64,000 nt of DNA. Origin: Candidatus Levyibacteriota bacterium (GTDB lineage Bacteria > Patescibacteriota > Microgenomatia > Levybacterales > UBA12049). Position 1 is the first letter of the stretch. Every line of letters begins with the position of its first letter. The stretch spans positions 67,454-131,453 of the forward strand of contig PJMG01000022.1 in the NCBI GenBank assembly GCA_003173895.1. The letters run 5' to 3'. The translations under genes were made by a program, and so were the position numbers. This document shows, one piece after another, positions 1 to 9,900 of the stretch. The notes beneath the pieces were generated by a model that had not been told where the DNA came from, searched no databases, and saw only the letters and a list, made by a program, of their open reading frames with translations.

Positions 1-380
1 CCAATAAAAATAATTTTTTCAGTATAACTTTTAGCAATTGTTTTAATCCGCTTAAGGTTTTCTTTAAATTTTCCCAAAGACACTTTGGTACTTTTATCAA
101 CATTGTAAACCTGAGAATCATTAATACCGATAGCAAAAATTAAAATTATATCTTTTATCTCTTCATAATTTGCTCTGGATTTTATCTCTGTTTCTAATCT
201 TTTAAGAAGTTTTGTGGTATTTTCTCCAGGAATTCCCAGCTGATAAACTTGATGGTAATAATTAAAATTAGAAGAAATTATTTTTTTAGTTATATCTTCA
301 CGAATTCTATTAACCCAACCTCCTTTTTCATCCCACGCACCAAAAGTAATACTATCACCAAAAAATAAAATATTAGCCAT
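1..380 (-). CDS. SGNH/GDSL-family lipase or acylhydrolase, N-terminal part; the gene runs off the window start
   Basis: Reverse-strand translation from the ATG at 378-380 gives MANILFFGDSITFGAWDEKGGWVNRIRED..., containing the GDS(I/L) catalytic block of SGNH hydrolases. Not in the ORF track because it is truncated. Confidence 0.6.
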   Translation of the reverse strand, partial: MANILFFGDSITFGAWDEKGGWVNRIREDITKKIISSNFNYYHQVYQLGIPGENTTKLLKRLETEIKSRANYEEIKDIILIFAIGINDSQVYNVDKSTKVSLGKFKENLKRIKTIAKSYTEKIIFI

Positions 381-420
381 ATGAGTATTTTACCAAAAAT
401 TATTCTGTTACAATATTTTT

Positions 421-753
421 ATGTCTAGAAAACAAAGATTTATATTTTTCGTGTCATCAATTATATCCTTAATAGGATTTATCATTTTAATTTTAAATTT
501 TTCACCATATTTTCAAATAAATTTAATAAAAGTTCAAATGCCCATTACTATTTTTTTCTTTGTTCTATTTTTTATCCTTATTTTTTCGATTTTCACTTTT
601 ATATTTAGAAGCAAAATTCAAGGTTTAATTTTTAGTTTTTTTTCAACAGGTTATTTATTACTTAATTTTTTTAATTTTAGACACTGGCTTTTTAGTGTTT
701 TAATCGTTTTACTTTTCTTCTTCTGTGAAATGTTAGTTTTAGAAAAAGAATAA
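421..753 (+). CDS. hypothetical small Phe/Ile-rich membrane protein; possibly spurious
   Basis: 110-aa ORF, extremely hydrophobic and low-complexity, lying in a divergent promoter region. No motifs. Confidence 0.25.
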   Translation: MSRKQRFIFFVSSIISLIGFIILILNFSPYFQINLIKVQMPITIFFFVLFFILIFSIFTFIFRSKIQGLIFSFFSTGYLLLNFFNFRHWLFSVLIVLLFFFCEMLVLEKE

Positions 754-792
754 AGAGATGACTTTGAGCCTAAAATGAACTACAATTAATTT

Positions 793-2211
793 ATGACTAA
801 ACATTTTTATATAACGACTACTCTTCCTTATGTAAATGCCGATCCACATATAGGTTTTGCTCTAGAAATTATTCAGGCAGATGTTTTAGCTCGCTTTCAT
901 AAATTAATGGACGATCAAGTTATTTTTAATACAGGTACTGATGAACATGGACAAAAAATTTATCAGAAAGCTCTGGAGCAAAGTTTAGATCCTAAAGAAT
1001 ATTGCGATATTTATGCTGCAAAATTTGAAAATTTAAAAAATGCACTTAATTTAAGTTATACCAATTTTATTCGTACTACAGATGAACAGCATATAAAAGC
1101 AGCTCAAAAATTCTGGTTAATATGTAAAGAAAACGGTGATATTTATAAAAAACTTTATAAAATAAAATATTGTGTTGGCTGTGAACTCGAAAAAACTGAT
1201 TCTGAACTAGAGAATGGACATTGTCTTTTACACCCTAATTTAGAATTAGAAATCAGAGAAGAAGAAAATTATTTTTTTAAATTTTCTAAATACCAAGATT
1301 CACTTTTAAAATTTTATGAAAAAAATCCAGATTTTGTAATTCCAGAAAGTCGTTTTAATGAAATTAAATCTTTTGTAAAAAATGGTTTAGAAGATTTTAG
1401 TATTTCCCGTCTAAAAGAAAAAATGCCATGGGGAATTGATGTCCCAGGTGATCCTAAACATGTAATGTATGTTTGGTTCGACGCCCTTATAAATTATATA
1501 TCCACCATTGACTGGCCTGAAGACATGAAAGAATTTGAAGAATATTGGCCAGTAGTTCAATTCGCAGGTAAAGATCAAGTTCGTCAACAAGCCGCTATGT
1601 GGCAATCTATGTTAATGTCTGCAAAAATATCTGGCTCCAAACAAATTTTTATTCATGGATTTATGACTATAGACGGTCAAAAAATCAGTAAAAGTTTAGG
1701 CAATGTTATAAACCCTATAGAAGTGGTAGAAAAATATGGAACAGATGCCTTACGTTATTATCTTTTAGCTAAAATACATCCAACTGAAGATAGTGATTTT
1801 TCATGGGAAAAATTCAAAGAAAGCTATAACGCCGATTTAGCAAATGGTTTAGGGAATCTCGTGGCTCGAGTAGCAAAACTTGCTGAAAAGATTGAATTGC
1901 ATGGAATAAATAAAAATTTACAAATTCATGAAAATGTTCCAACTTTATTAAAAGATTATAAATTCAATGAAATATTAGATTATATTTGGTCTGTGGAATT
2001 AAGAAAATTAGATCAAGAAATAAATGAAGTCCAACCCTGGAAAATTGAAGATCAAGAAAAACTTAAGGAATTTTTGGGAGAAATAATTTCTAATATTTTA
2101 GATTTAGCATATAATCTACAACCATTTTTACCAGAAACTGCTGAAAAAATTATAAAACAATTCACTGCTGAAAAAATTATTTTTCAAAAACCACTTTTTC
2201 CAAGAATTTAA
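793..2211 (+). CDS. metG: methionyl-tRNA synthetase, short form lacking the C-terminal tRNA-binding domain
   Basis: Class I aaRS signatures: PHIGF (HIGH-like), GTDEHGQKI and KISKS (KMSKS). Has a CxxC knuckle and a MetRS anticodon-binding-like C-terminus. 472 aa. Confidence 0.9.
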   Translation: MTKHFYITTTLPYVNADPHIGFALEIIQADVLARFHKLMDDQVIFNTGTDEHGQKIYQKALEQSLDPKEYCDIYAAKFENLKNALNLSYTNFIRTTDEQHIKAAQKFWLICKENGDIYKKLYKIKYCVGCELEKTDSELENGHCLLHPNLELEIREEENYFFKFSKYQDSLLKFYEKNPDFVIPESRFNEIKSFVKNGLEDFSISRLKEKMPWGIDVPGDPKHVMYVWFDALINYISTIDWPEDMKEFEEYWPVVQFAGKDQVRQQAAMWQSMLMSAKISGSKQIFIHGFMTIDGQKISKSLGNVINPIEVVEKYGTDALRYYLLAKIHPTEDSDFSWEKFKESYNADLANGLGNLVARVAKLAEKIELHGINKNLQIHENVPTLLKDYKFNEILDYIWSVELRKLDQEINEVQPWKIEDQEKLKEFLGEIISNILDLAYNLQPFLPETAEKIIKQFTAEKIIFQKPLFPRI

Positions 2212-2597
2212 TTATTTTTTATACCTTCAATTAATCCCGTTGCAATATGATTAGCTAGTTCCTCTTCTATTTCTTCTTTTAATTTGAGTTCTGATGGTTC
2301 TTCCAAAACTTTTTTTAAAAGTGAAATTGAAAGGCTAGCTAATGGTCCACCAGGAATAAACATAGTCATAAAATCTAACATCATTAAATCCTTTTTAACT
2401 TTACTTAATTTTTCTGCCCTCTCTTTTTCAGCTTCTTCATTTATTTCTTCAAGCGTCTTTGGAGGATCAGAACTGTTATTTTTAGTTTCTGATTTTTTAG
2501 TATTAGGGAATAAGAAGTAATCACGCCGAGTAGAATGACGTTTAAAATTAACTTGAGCCTCAAATTCTATAGTGTTTTTTGTAGTTTCAGAGCTCAT
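2208..2597 (-). CDS. hypothetical Lys/Glu-rich acidic protein
   Basis: 129-aa ORF convergent with metG, overlapping it by 4 nt. Charged, coiled-coil-like C-terminus. The antisense ORF 2284..2520 is S/F-rich low complexity, so this strand is the preferred one. Confidence 0.35.
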   Translation of the reverse strand: MSSETTKNTIEFEAQVNFKRHSTRRDYFLFPNTKKSETKNNSSDPPKTLEEINEEAEKERAEKLSKVKKDLMMLDFMTMFIPGGPLASLSISLLKKVLEEPSELKLKEEIEEELANHIATGLIEGIKNN

Positions 2598-2731
2598 AAG
2601 TGCTCCTTTCGAGTATAATATTAATTAAACTTAGCCAGATTAGCTTTATATTTACCTAACAAAATAATAACTAAAGATGCCTTTATTATTATAGGATTGT
2701 TTTATGCCCAAAACTCTGATATCATACTTCT

Positions 2732-3592
2732 ATGAGTAGAGAAGCTTTTGAAAGAGAAGAAGCAATTTTTACATCAATTGCACAAAATCATGCTAATCTT
2801 AAGTATCATTCTCCTATTGAAACTTTGATAAATAGATCTAATTTTATGTCTACAAACTCTGCTGATAATTTAGTTTATTCTGGTTCTTTATTAACAGTTT
2901 TAAATGAGCTAAATGCTTCACTTAAATTTCCTAATGAAGAAAATTCTCTTAAATATAAAATTTTTCACCCTGCGCGCGTAATAAGAGCATTAATTGATTT
3001 TAAAATTAATCATCCTGAAAATTTAGGAATACATCAATATATTTTAGATGCTATAAAAATTAACCTTGCTATTTTTCAAGATAATAGTAGTGCAACTAAA
3101 GATTTAGAAGATTTTACTAAAAAAATTTATAACAATGATAGCGATCTATTAAATATTCCTATCCAACAAAAGCAAGATATGGCTACTTGGTTAGGAACTG
3201 ATCCAGAACTATCATATAAAGCTGCACTTAATGTAGCATTTCAACTTTTAGGTGAAGATATATTTTTTATAGCATTAGCACATGGAGGTACAATAGCAGG
3301 TATGGATGTTTTTCTTAGATATTTAGAATTATCAGGTAATTCTAATTCAGATTTTTATGTAGCAAGATTTTCTCGTAATAAACATCAAGATAAACAATTA
3401 CAATTAGATGAGATTGAATTGGATTATATAAGAGAAAAAAGTAAGGGAAAACATATTGTAGTATTTGAAGAAGATAGTGTAAAACATCGAACTTATCAAG
3501 ATGCGAGTAATTATTTAAAAAGTATCTTCTCTGAAACAGATATAATCGCTATTTGTAATGCTGAATTAGGACATTTTACTCCAAATAATTAA
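2732..3592 (+). CDS. hypothetical protein
   Basis: 286-aa ORF with normal codon composition and no diagnostic motifs. A weak PRTase-like hhhhDD-type stretch (HIVVFEEDS) is not convincing. Confidence 0.45.
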   Translation: MSREAFEREEAIFTSIAQNHANLKYHSPIETLINRSNFMSTNSADNLVYSGSLLTVLNELNASLKFPNEENSLKYKIFHPARVIRALIDFKINHPENLGIHQYILDAIKINLAIFQDNSSATKDLEDFTKKIYNNDSDLLNIPIQQKQDMATWLGTDPELSYKAALNVAFQLLGEDIFFIALAHGGTIAGMDVFLRYLELSGNSNSDFYVARFSRNKHQDKQLQLDEIELDYIREKSKGKHIVVFEEDSVKHRTYQDASNYLKSIFSETDIIAICNAELGHFTPNN

Positions 3593-3642
3593 ATACTTTT
3601 TATTAGTTACTCTTAGATTTATAATCAATTTAATTCTAAATT

Positions 3643-4563
3643 ATGATTGACGTTCATTGTCATTTAAATTTTCACGCGTTTCATAAAGATTTTGACGAAG
3701 TAACTCAAAGAGCTTTCGAGTCTGGAGTTAAAACTATCATAAATGTGGGAACTAAATTAGATTCTAGTCAAAAAGCTGTTCAGTTAGCTGAAAAATATGA
3801 TAATTTTTACGCCATAGTCGGAATACATCCCCATCATGCAGATAAGAAAGACCTGAATCAGGAATTAGGAATCAAGAATAAAGCAGGGGTGACGCGAGAG
3901 GAAGGGATCCCAGCTCACGCAGCGAATGAAATGAGTCGAGTAAGTTGGGAGGGAAACTCGCGGCAGGACCCCGAAAACTGGTTCCAACAATTAGAAATTT
4001 TAGCCAAAAATCCTAAGGTAGTGGCTATTGGCGAAATAGGACTTGATTATTACTCATACCAATCAAATGGGATAGTAAACCCAAAACTTCAGAAAGAAAT
4101 CTTTGAAGCTCAAATTGAACTAGCATATAAGCTTAAATTGCCATTACAAATTCATGGAAGACACGCAGGGAAAGATATTTTAGAAATACTTAATCATCAT
4201 AAAAATCTGCTCCAAAATGTAACTGGTATGTTTCATTGCTTTGCAGGCGATTTAGAAATTTTAAAAGGAGCTTTAGATTTAGGATTTTATATTGGCTTTG
4301 ATGGTAATTTAACTTATTCAGGCTTAGCTCCTGGTGAAACTGTAACTTTATCTGAGATATGCCAACAAACCCCTTTAGATAAAATAGTTACTGAAACAGA
4401 TAGTCCATTTTTAACACCAATTCCTTTTAGAGGTAGTCGTAATGAGCCCAAAAATGTTATACTAGTAGGAGAAAAAATAGCCCAGATTAAGAATTTATCA
4501 ATTGAAAAGATAGATCAAATTACGACACAAAATGCTCAGAAATTATTTAGAATAAAATCCTGA
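3643..4563 (+). CDS. tatD: TatD-family metal-dependent hydrolase (DNase), carrying an in-frame insertion of about 40 aa
   Basis: N-terminal MIDVHCHLNF, then GIHPHH and VVAIGEIGLDY, HxH and D metal ligands, C-terminal ETDSPFL. The insertion lies between the HPH and GEIGLDY blocks when compared with canonical TatD. Confidence 0.85.
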   Translation: MIDVHCHLNFHAFHKDFDEVTQRAFESGVKTIINVGTKLDSSQKAVQLAEKYDNFYAIVGIHPHHADKKDLNQELGIKNKAGVTREEGIPAHAANEMSRVSWEGNSRQDPENWFQQLEILAKNPKVVAIGEIGLDYYSYQSNGIVNPKLQKEIFEAQIELAYKLKLPLQIHGRHAGKDILEILNHHKNLLQNVTGMFHCFAGDLEILKGALDLGFYIGFDGNLTYSGLAPGETVTLSEICQQTPLDKIVTETDSPFLTPIPFRGSRNEPKNVILVGEKIAQIKNLSIEKIDQITTQNAQKLFRIKS

Positions 4564-4577
4564 AAATAAAATAAATT

Positions 4578-6071
4578 ATGACCAGTTTTCTAGATAAAGT
4601 TTTTACCCGCTACCCCATAAAAACTAAAAGAAGTTTGGAAATTTTAATTGGCGTACTTTCCTGGAGTATCATTCTATCTCCTATTTGGGCATCTTTATTA
4701 TTTCCCTTAGCCCTAGCTTACTTTATTCTATTCTTTGATGTTTATTGGCTTTATAAATCATTCTGGTTGGTTATTACTTCTTATATCGCATCGAACAAAA
4801 TAAAAGTTTCAGAAAGAGAAAATTGGTTAGCTCACGCAGTTGAGCAAAAATCTTATGAAAAAACTAAACATATAGTGATTATTCCTAACTATAAAGAAAG
4901 TGCTGAAAAACTAAGAGAAACTATATTAACACTCGCTAAACAAACTTTACCCACCAATAAAATATTTGTAGTCTTAGGTATGGAAGAGAGAGAAGAAAAA
5001 GGTAAAGAAAAAGCTAATATCTTAATTAATGAATTTAAAAATAAATTTGCTGGAATTTATGCCACATTTCACCCAGATATAAAAGGAGAAGTAAAAGGTA
5101 AATCTTCCAATGAAGCTTTTGCTGCTAAAACTATTTATAAAAAACTTATAAAGGGGAAAAAAATTGACGAGATGTTTACTACTATATCTTCAGTCGATGC
5201 GGATAGTATTTTTGACTCACAATATTTCGCTTACTTAACTAATAGCTTTTTGTTAGATAAAAATAGATATAATAAATTCTGGCAATCAGCTAACGTTCAA
5301 TATAACAATATTTGGGAAGTTCCAGCCCCGGTTAGAATTGTTTCCTTTTTTGGTTCACTTTATAGAACTGCACTTTTAGTTCAGGGTGATCGTTTAGTTT
5401 CTAACTCTACTTATTCTTTATCATTAAAACTTTTGGTGGATATTGGATTTTGGGATACAGATGTAATTCCTGAAGATTATAGAATTTTCTTTAAAGCATT
5501 TTTTAAAAAGGGTGGAAATATATTTGTAGAGCCAATTTTTCTTAAGACATCACTTGATGCACCACAATCAACTTCTTTATGGAAAACATTAAGAAATAAA
5601 TATGATCAGGAACGACGTTGGAGTTGGGGAATTTCTGATGATCCTTTATTTATAAAGTGGTGGTTAACAGTTCCAAATGTTTCACTTATTAGAAAAACTA
5701 CGATACTTTTTCATGTAATTTTAGATCATTTACTTTGGCCTGTTAGTTGGTTCATTATAACATTAGCTGCAAATATAATTCCTTTTATCAATCCAGTTTT
5801 CAGTAGGACTACACTTGGGTATAGACTCCCCCAACTAGCAGGTATTATTCTAACTTGTTGTCTTTTTGGCACATTATCTATGATAGTTATTGATTTTAGA
5901 AATAGAGGAGATTATAAAAAAGTTTCTAAAGTTAGAAAATTTTTATTCCCTCTGGAATTTATTTATTTACCGATTGTGGGCTTTTTCTTATCTGCTTTAC
6001 CTGCCATTATTTCTCATACTCAACTTATTTTAGGAAAACGTATAGAATATAAAGTGACAGAAAAAGTTTAG
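4578..6071 (+). CDS. processive family-2 glycosyltransferase (cellulose/chitin-synthase-like), integral membrane
   Basis: N-terminal TM helices. DAD motif (SSVDADSIF) and QxxRW motif (DQERRWSWG). C-terminal TM bundle. Confidence 0.7.
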   Translation: MTSFLDKVFTRYPIKTKRSLEILIGVLSWSIILSPIWASLLFPLALAYFILFFDVYWLYKSFWLVITSYIASNKIKVSERENWLAHAVEQKSYEKTKHIVIIPNYKESAEKLRETILTLAKQTLPTNKIFVVLGMEEREEKGKEKANILINEFKNKFAGIYATFHPDIKGEVKGKSSNEAFAAKTIYKKLIKGKKIDEMFTTISSVDADSIFDSQYFAYLTNSFLLDKNRYNKFWQSANVQYNNIWEVPAPVRIVSFFGSLYRTALLVQGDRLVSNSTYSLSLKLLVDIGFWDTDVIPEDYRIFFKAFFKKGGNIFVEPIFLKTSLDAPQSTSLWKTLRNKYDQERRWSWGISDDPLFIKWWLTVPNVSLIRKTTILFHVILDHLLWPVSWFIITLAANIIPFINPVFSRTTLGYRLPQLAGIILTCCLFGTLSMIVIDFRNRGDYKKVSKVRKFLFPLEFIYLPIVGFFLSALPAIISHTQLILGKRIEYKVTEKV

Positions 6072-6078
6072 AATAAAC

Positions 6079-7566
6079 ATGAAAATTTTAAATTTTCTAG
6101 AAAATAAAAAAGAGACTTGGTTTCTCATATTTTTTGGTTTTTTATTCTTTATACTACGTTTACCTTCTATTTTTGAACCTTACTGGTATGGCGATGAAGG
6201 CATATATGAAGTACTAGGTTATGGAATAAGACACGGACGACTGTTATATAAAACTATTTGGGATAATAAACCACCTATTTTATATTGGATTTATGGGATT
6301 TTTGATGGCAATCAGTTAGAAGTTAAGGCTTTATCACTAGTTTTTGGCTTGCTGGCTCTTTTTGCATTTTTCTTTTTAATAAAACTTCTGTTCAAGCCTA
6401 AAACAAAAACTGTTTACTTAGTAGGACTTAGTTTATTCACTTTATTTTTTGCCACTCCTATTTTAGAAGGGAATATCGCTAATGCGGAAAATTTTATGTT
6501 ATTTCCAATCATTTTATCGGCATTTATTATTTTTTCAATTACTACTAATAACCACAGAGAATCAACTACTTACTATAAACTACTAATTTTAGCAGGAATA
6601 TTATTAGGATTTTCATTTTTAATTAAAGTTGTAGCAGTCTTTGATTTTGGTGCATTTTTCTTATTTTTATTCCTTATTCATTTTGAAAATATTAAGAAAA
6701 TAAGAAATCAAATTAGAGAACTTTTTTATTTCTCTGTTGGATTTTTTACCCCCATAGTTTTAATTTTTATTTATTTTTTACTACGAGGCACTTTAGCTGA
6801 TTTTATCAAATCAGCTTTTTTCAGTAATATTTCTTATGTAAATTATGGTAATCAATTCATAATCCCTCAAGGATTTTTAATTATAAAATTAGTTTTACTT
6901 TTAGTTCTTTGTACTTTTATTTTTATAAAAAGAAAAAGTATTTCTCAGAGAGATATTTTCATAATATTATGGTTTGCGTTTTCACTTTTCAGTGCATTTT
7001 TTTCACAACGACCATATACTCATTATCTTTTAGTTTTGCTTGCATCAAGTATTCTTTTTCTTTGTCTTATTTTAGAAACTAAATTAAATAAATGGCTTCT
7101 TATAGTTCCATTTCTTTTAGCTTTATTTATAGTAAATAATACATTTGATTCATTTAGTAATGTTTATAAACCCACTTTAGGCTATTATGTTAATTTTTTA
7201 AAATTTGAAACGGGTTGGGAAAATATGGATCAATATATTTCTTTTTTTGATCCAAATTCTCTTCGTGATTTTCAAATAGCTCAATACTTAAATTTAAATG
7301 CAGGCAAAAATCCATCTATTTTTGTTTGGGGTAATAGTGCTCAGATTTATAAAATGGCTAATACTCTTCCACCTGGACGTTTTACAGTAGAATATCATGT
7401 AACTATGTCTGCTCAAAATTTAAAAGAAACTCAAAGTATACTTATGAAAAATAAACCAAAATTTGTAGTTATTCTCCAAGATAAATCTCAATTTCCCCTA
7501 TCTCTTTTAAATTATTCAGAAAAAATTATCATTGGGAATAGCTATATTTATGAAAAAATCTTTTGA
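6079..7566 (+). CDS. polytopic GT-C-type glycosyltransferase-like membrane protein (ArnT/PMT-like)
   Basis: More than 10 predicted TM helices. YWYGDEGIYE (DE motif) in the first loop, as in GT-C family transferases. Confidence 0.5.
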   Translation: MKILNFLENKKETWFLIFFGFLFFILRLPSIFEPYWYGDEGIYEVLGYGIRHGRLLYKTIWDNKPPILYWIYGIFDGNQLEVKALSLVFGLLALFAFFFLIKLLFKPKTKTVYLVGLSLFTLFFATPILEGNIANAENFMLFPIILSAFIIFSITTNNHRESTTYYKLLILAGILLGFSFLIKVVAVFDFGAFFLFLFLIHFENIKKIRNQIRELFYFSVGFFTPIVLIFIYFLLRGTLADFIKSAFFSNISYVNYGNQFIIPQGFLIIKLVLLLVLCTFIFIKRKSISQRDIFIILWFAFSLFSAFFSQRPYTHYLLVLLASSILFLCLILETKLNKWLLIVPFLLALFIVNNTFDSFSNVYKPTLGYYVNFLKFETGWENMDQYISFFDPNSLRDFQIAQYLNLNAGKNPSIFVWGNSAQIYKMANTLPPGRFTVEYHVTMSAQNLKETQSILMKNKPKFVVILQDKSQFPLSLLNYSEKIIIGNSYIYEKIF

Positions 7567-7903
7567 AAATATTAGAAAAGGTAAGTTAGTTTATACTTGT
7601 TTTATTTTAAATATAATTTTATTAATCTTAGCATTACTAGTAGGAATTTTATTTATAGAAAATCTGCCTAAATTTATTCCTGTTTTTAATCAGATGCCTT
7701 GGGGATATGCTAGACTTGGTTTAAAATTAGAATTTTTTATTCCCATAATCCTTACTTTTTTAATTTTTATTGTAAACATCCGACTTGGATTTTTCTTAAA
7801 GAGTAAGAATTCCTTACTTTTTAGATTTTCTTTTTTAACCAGTATGCTAATTAGTTTTTTTAATTTAATATTTACTATAAGAATTATTTTTCTAATAAAG
7901 TAA
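7532..7903 (+). CDS. small hypothetical membrane protein
   Basis: 123-aa hydrophobic ORF overlapping the previous gene end by 35 nt. No motifs. Confidence 0.3.
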   Translation: MGIAIFMKKSFENIRKGKLVYTCFILNIILLILALLVGILFIENLPKFIPVFNQMPWGYARLGLKLEFFIPIILTFLIFIVNIRLGFFLKSKNSLLFRFSFLTSMLISFFNLIFTIRIIFLIK

Positions 7904-8974
7904 ATGCGTTTTGACTTAATACTACCGCCTTTGATTATTTCTTTTATAGTATCTGTTATTTTAACTCCTTTAACTATTTTTTTAGCTAAGTTCTTGAAAA
8001 TAGTAGATGATCCTAAAACTCATAAACATCCGGCTATCTTACATACTAAACCTATACCTAGAGCTGGTGGTATTCCTATATTTTTGGCTATTTTTACAGC
8101 TAGTCTTCTTTTTATGTATAAAAATACCGCTTATTTTGGTATGTTTTCTGGAGCCATGTTAGCATTAATAGTAGGTGTAATTGATGATAAATTTGATATT
8201 TCTCCTTATATCAGACTAACTACCAATTTGATTTGTGCAATTATTTTAGTGGCATGTGGAGTTACTATACCGTCTTTTATTACTAACCCATTTGGTGGAG
8301 TAATACATTTTAATTTTATATACTTTGCTTTTAATTTATTCGGACTAAAAATATTAATTCATTTAAGTGATTTAATAGCACTTTTTTGGATTATCTGGGT
8401 TATGAACATGCTTAATTGGAGCAAAGGTGTAGATGGACAAATGCCAGGAGTAATTGCTATTTCTGCGTTTATAATAGGAATTTTGAGTCTTCGTTTTCCA
8501 GTCTTAGATAGAAATTCTATATCTGCGGCTTATTTATCATTTGCTATAGCAGGAGCATCACTGGGATTTTTAATCTATAATTTCCACCCGGCTAAAATTT
8601 TCCCAGGATATGGAACTACTTCTGTTTATCTACTTTTAGCCGCAGCATCCATGCTATCTTCTGCTAAAATAGCCACAGGTTTTATAGTTTTAGCAGTACC
8701 TATGATTGATGGAACTTTTACTATTTTCAGACGAGTTCTATCAGGCAAATCTATGTTCTGGGGAGATAAAAAACATTTACATCATATGTTTTTAACCTTA
8801 GGTTATTCACAACGTCAAATTGCTATTTTTTACTGGCTTATGACTCTGATTTTAGGCATATTTGCGCTCAGTCTTACAGGTAACCTCAAGGTTTTTGCTA
8901 TAATCTTTCTAGTTTTTATATTTTTTGGTTTTTTATTATTCTTACACTTTTTAATTGATAAAAATGAAAGATAA
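7904..8974 (+). CDS. polyprenyl-phosphate phospho-sugar transferase, MraY/WecA family (GT4)
   Basis: DDxxD-like block (DDKFDISPY), NMLNWSKGVDGQ, FHPAKIFPGYGTTS and a KHLHHMF histidine motif. 10-11 TM helices. Confidence 0.75.
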   Translation: MRFDLILPPLIISFIVSVILTPLTIFLAKFLKIVDDPKTHKHPAILHTKPIPRAGGIPIFLAIFTASLLFMYKNTAYFGMFSGAMLALIVGVIDDKFDISPYIRLTTNLICAIILVACGVTIPSFITNPFGGVIHFNFIYFAFNLFGLKILIHLSDLIALFWIIWVMNMLNWSKGVDGQMPGVIAISAFIIGILSLRFPVLDRNSISAAYLSFAIAGASLGFLIYNFHPAKIFPGYGTTSVYLLLAAASMLSSAKIATGFIVLAVPMIDGTFTIFRRVLSGKSMFWGDKKHLHHMFLTLGYSQRQIAIFYWLMTLILGIFALSLTGNLKVFAIIFLVFIFFGFLLFLHFLIDKNER

Positions 8975-9899
8975 ATTATATTTATATTTAAAGTTACTTA
9001 GACCAAAACAGTGGATTAAAAATTTCGCTGTTTTTGCTTCTGTTATTTTCACAGGACAATTATTTAATCCTCAAGTACTTTTAGAATCTTTTTTTGCTTT
9101 TATATTATTTTGTTTATTATCATCTAGCATTTATGTAGTTAATGATATTTTTGATATAGAAAAAGATAAGCTTCATCCATTTAAAAAATTTAGACCTTTA
9201 GCTAGCGGTAAAATCACTAAAGGTGATGCTTCATATATTTTCTTTTTTATTTTTGTTGTTTCACTTATAGGAAGCTTCTTTTTAAGTAAAGGTTTCTTTT
9301 TACTAGCTATCGTTTATTTACTTTTACAATTTTTGTACTCCGTTAGACTAAAACACATCGAAATAGTGGATATCTTAACACTTGCTAGTGGATATATTTT
9401 AAGAGTGTATAGTGGAGAATTAGCTACGGGTTATCATATTTCAGTCTGGTTAGTATTAACCACTATTGCTCTTTCGTTATTTTTAGCTGTAGGAAAAAGA
9501 CGTGCAGAATTAACTTTAATCTCTAGACACCAAAATAATAATATTCCAGCGACCCGTAAAACTTTATCTCATTATTCAGAAAAGCTTTTAGACTTATATG
9601 TAGCTATTTTCGTTTCTGCTACATTTATTTTTTACTCTCTTTTTACTTTTCTTAATAATCCAAATAGTACTGTTTTACCTTTATTAAGTCTAGATTTTTC
9701 ATCATTCTTACAAAGAAAATGGCTTATGGTAACTATAGCTCCAGTAGTATATGCTCTTATGCGCTATTTGGAAGATGTATATCAAAAACATGAAGGCGAA
9801 AGTCCGGAAAAAGTTTTTTTATCAGATATTCCGCTTCTAGCAGATGTTTTTATTTGGGCTATTTTAGTTATCTTTATTATTTATTTTGTGAATACTTAA
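8955..9899 (+). CDS. UbiA-family prenyltransferase, resembling decaprenyl-phosphate phosphoribosyltransferase
   Basis: N-terminal LRPKQWIKN, Asp-rich motif VNDIFDIEKD and a second D-rich motif. Polytopic membrane protein. Confidence 0.7.
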   Translation: MIKMKDKLYLYLKLLRPKQWIKNFAVFASVIFTGQLFNPQVLLESFFAFILFCLLSSSIYVVNDIFDIEKDKLHPFKKFRPLASGKITKGDASYIFFFIFVVSLIGSFFLSKGFFLLAIVYLLLQFLYSVRLKHIEIVDILTLASGYILRVYSGELATGYHISVWLVLTTIALSLFLAVGKRRAELTLISRHQNNNIPATRKTLSHYSEKLLDLYVAIFVSATFIFYSLFTFLNNPNSTVLPLLSLDFSSFLQRKWLMVTIAPVVYALMRYLEDVYQKHEGESPEKVFLSDIPLLADVFIWAILVIFIIYFVNT

Positions 9900-9900
9900 A

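Noticed and set aside
1411-1605. 64-aa minus-strand ORF inside metG
   Set aside because: It lies entirely antisense within a well-supported conserved CDS and has no motifs.
2284-2520. 78-aa plus-strand ORF
   Set aside because: Antisense of the Lys/Glu-rich 2208..2597 ORF. Its S/F-rich low-complexity sequence is typical of a reverse-frame artefact.
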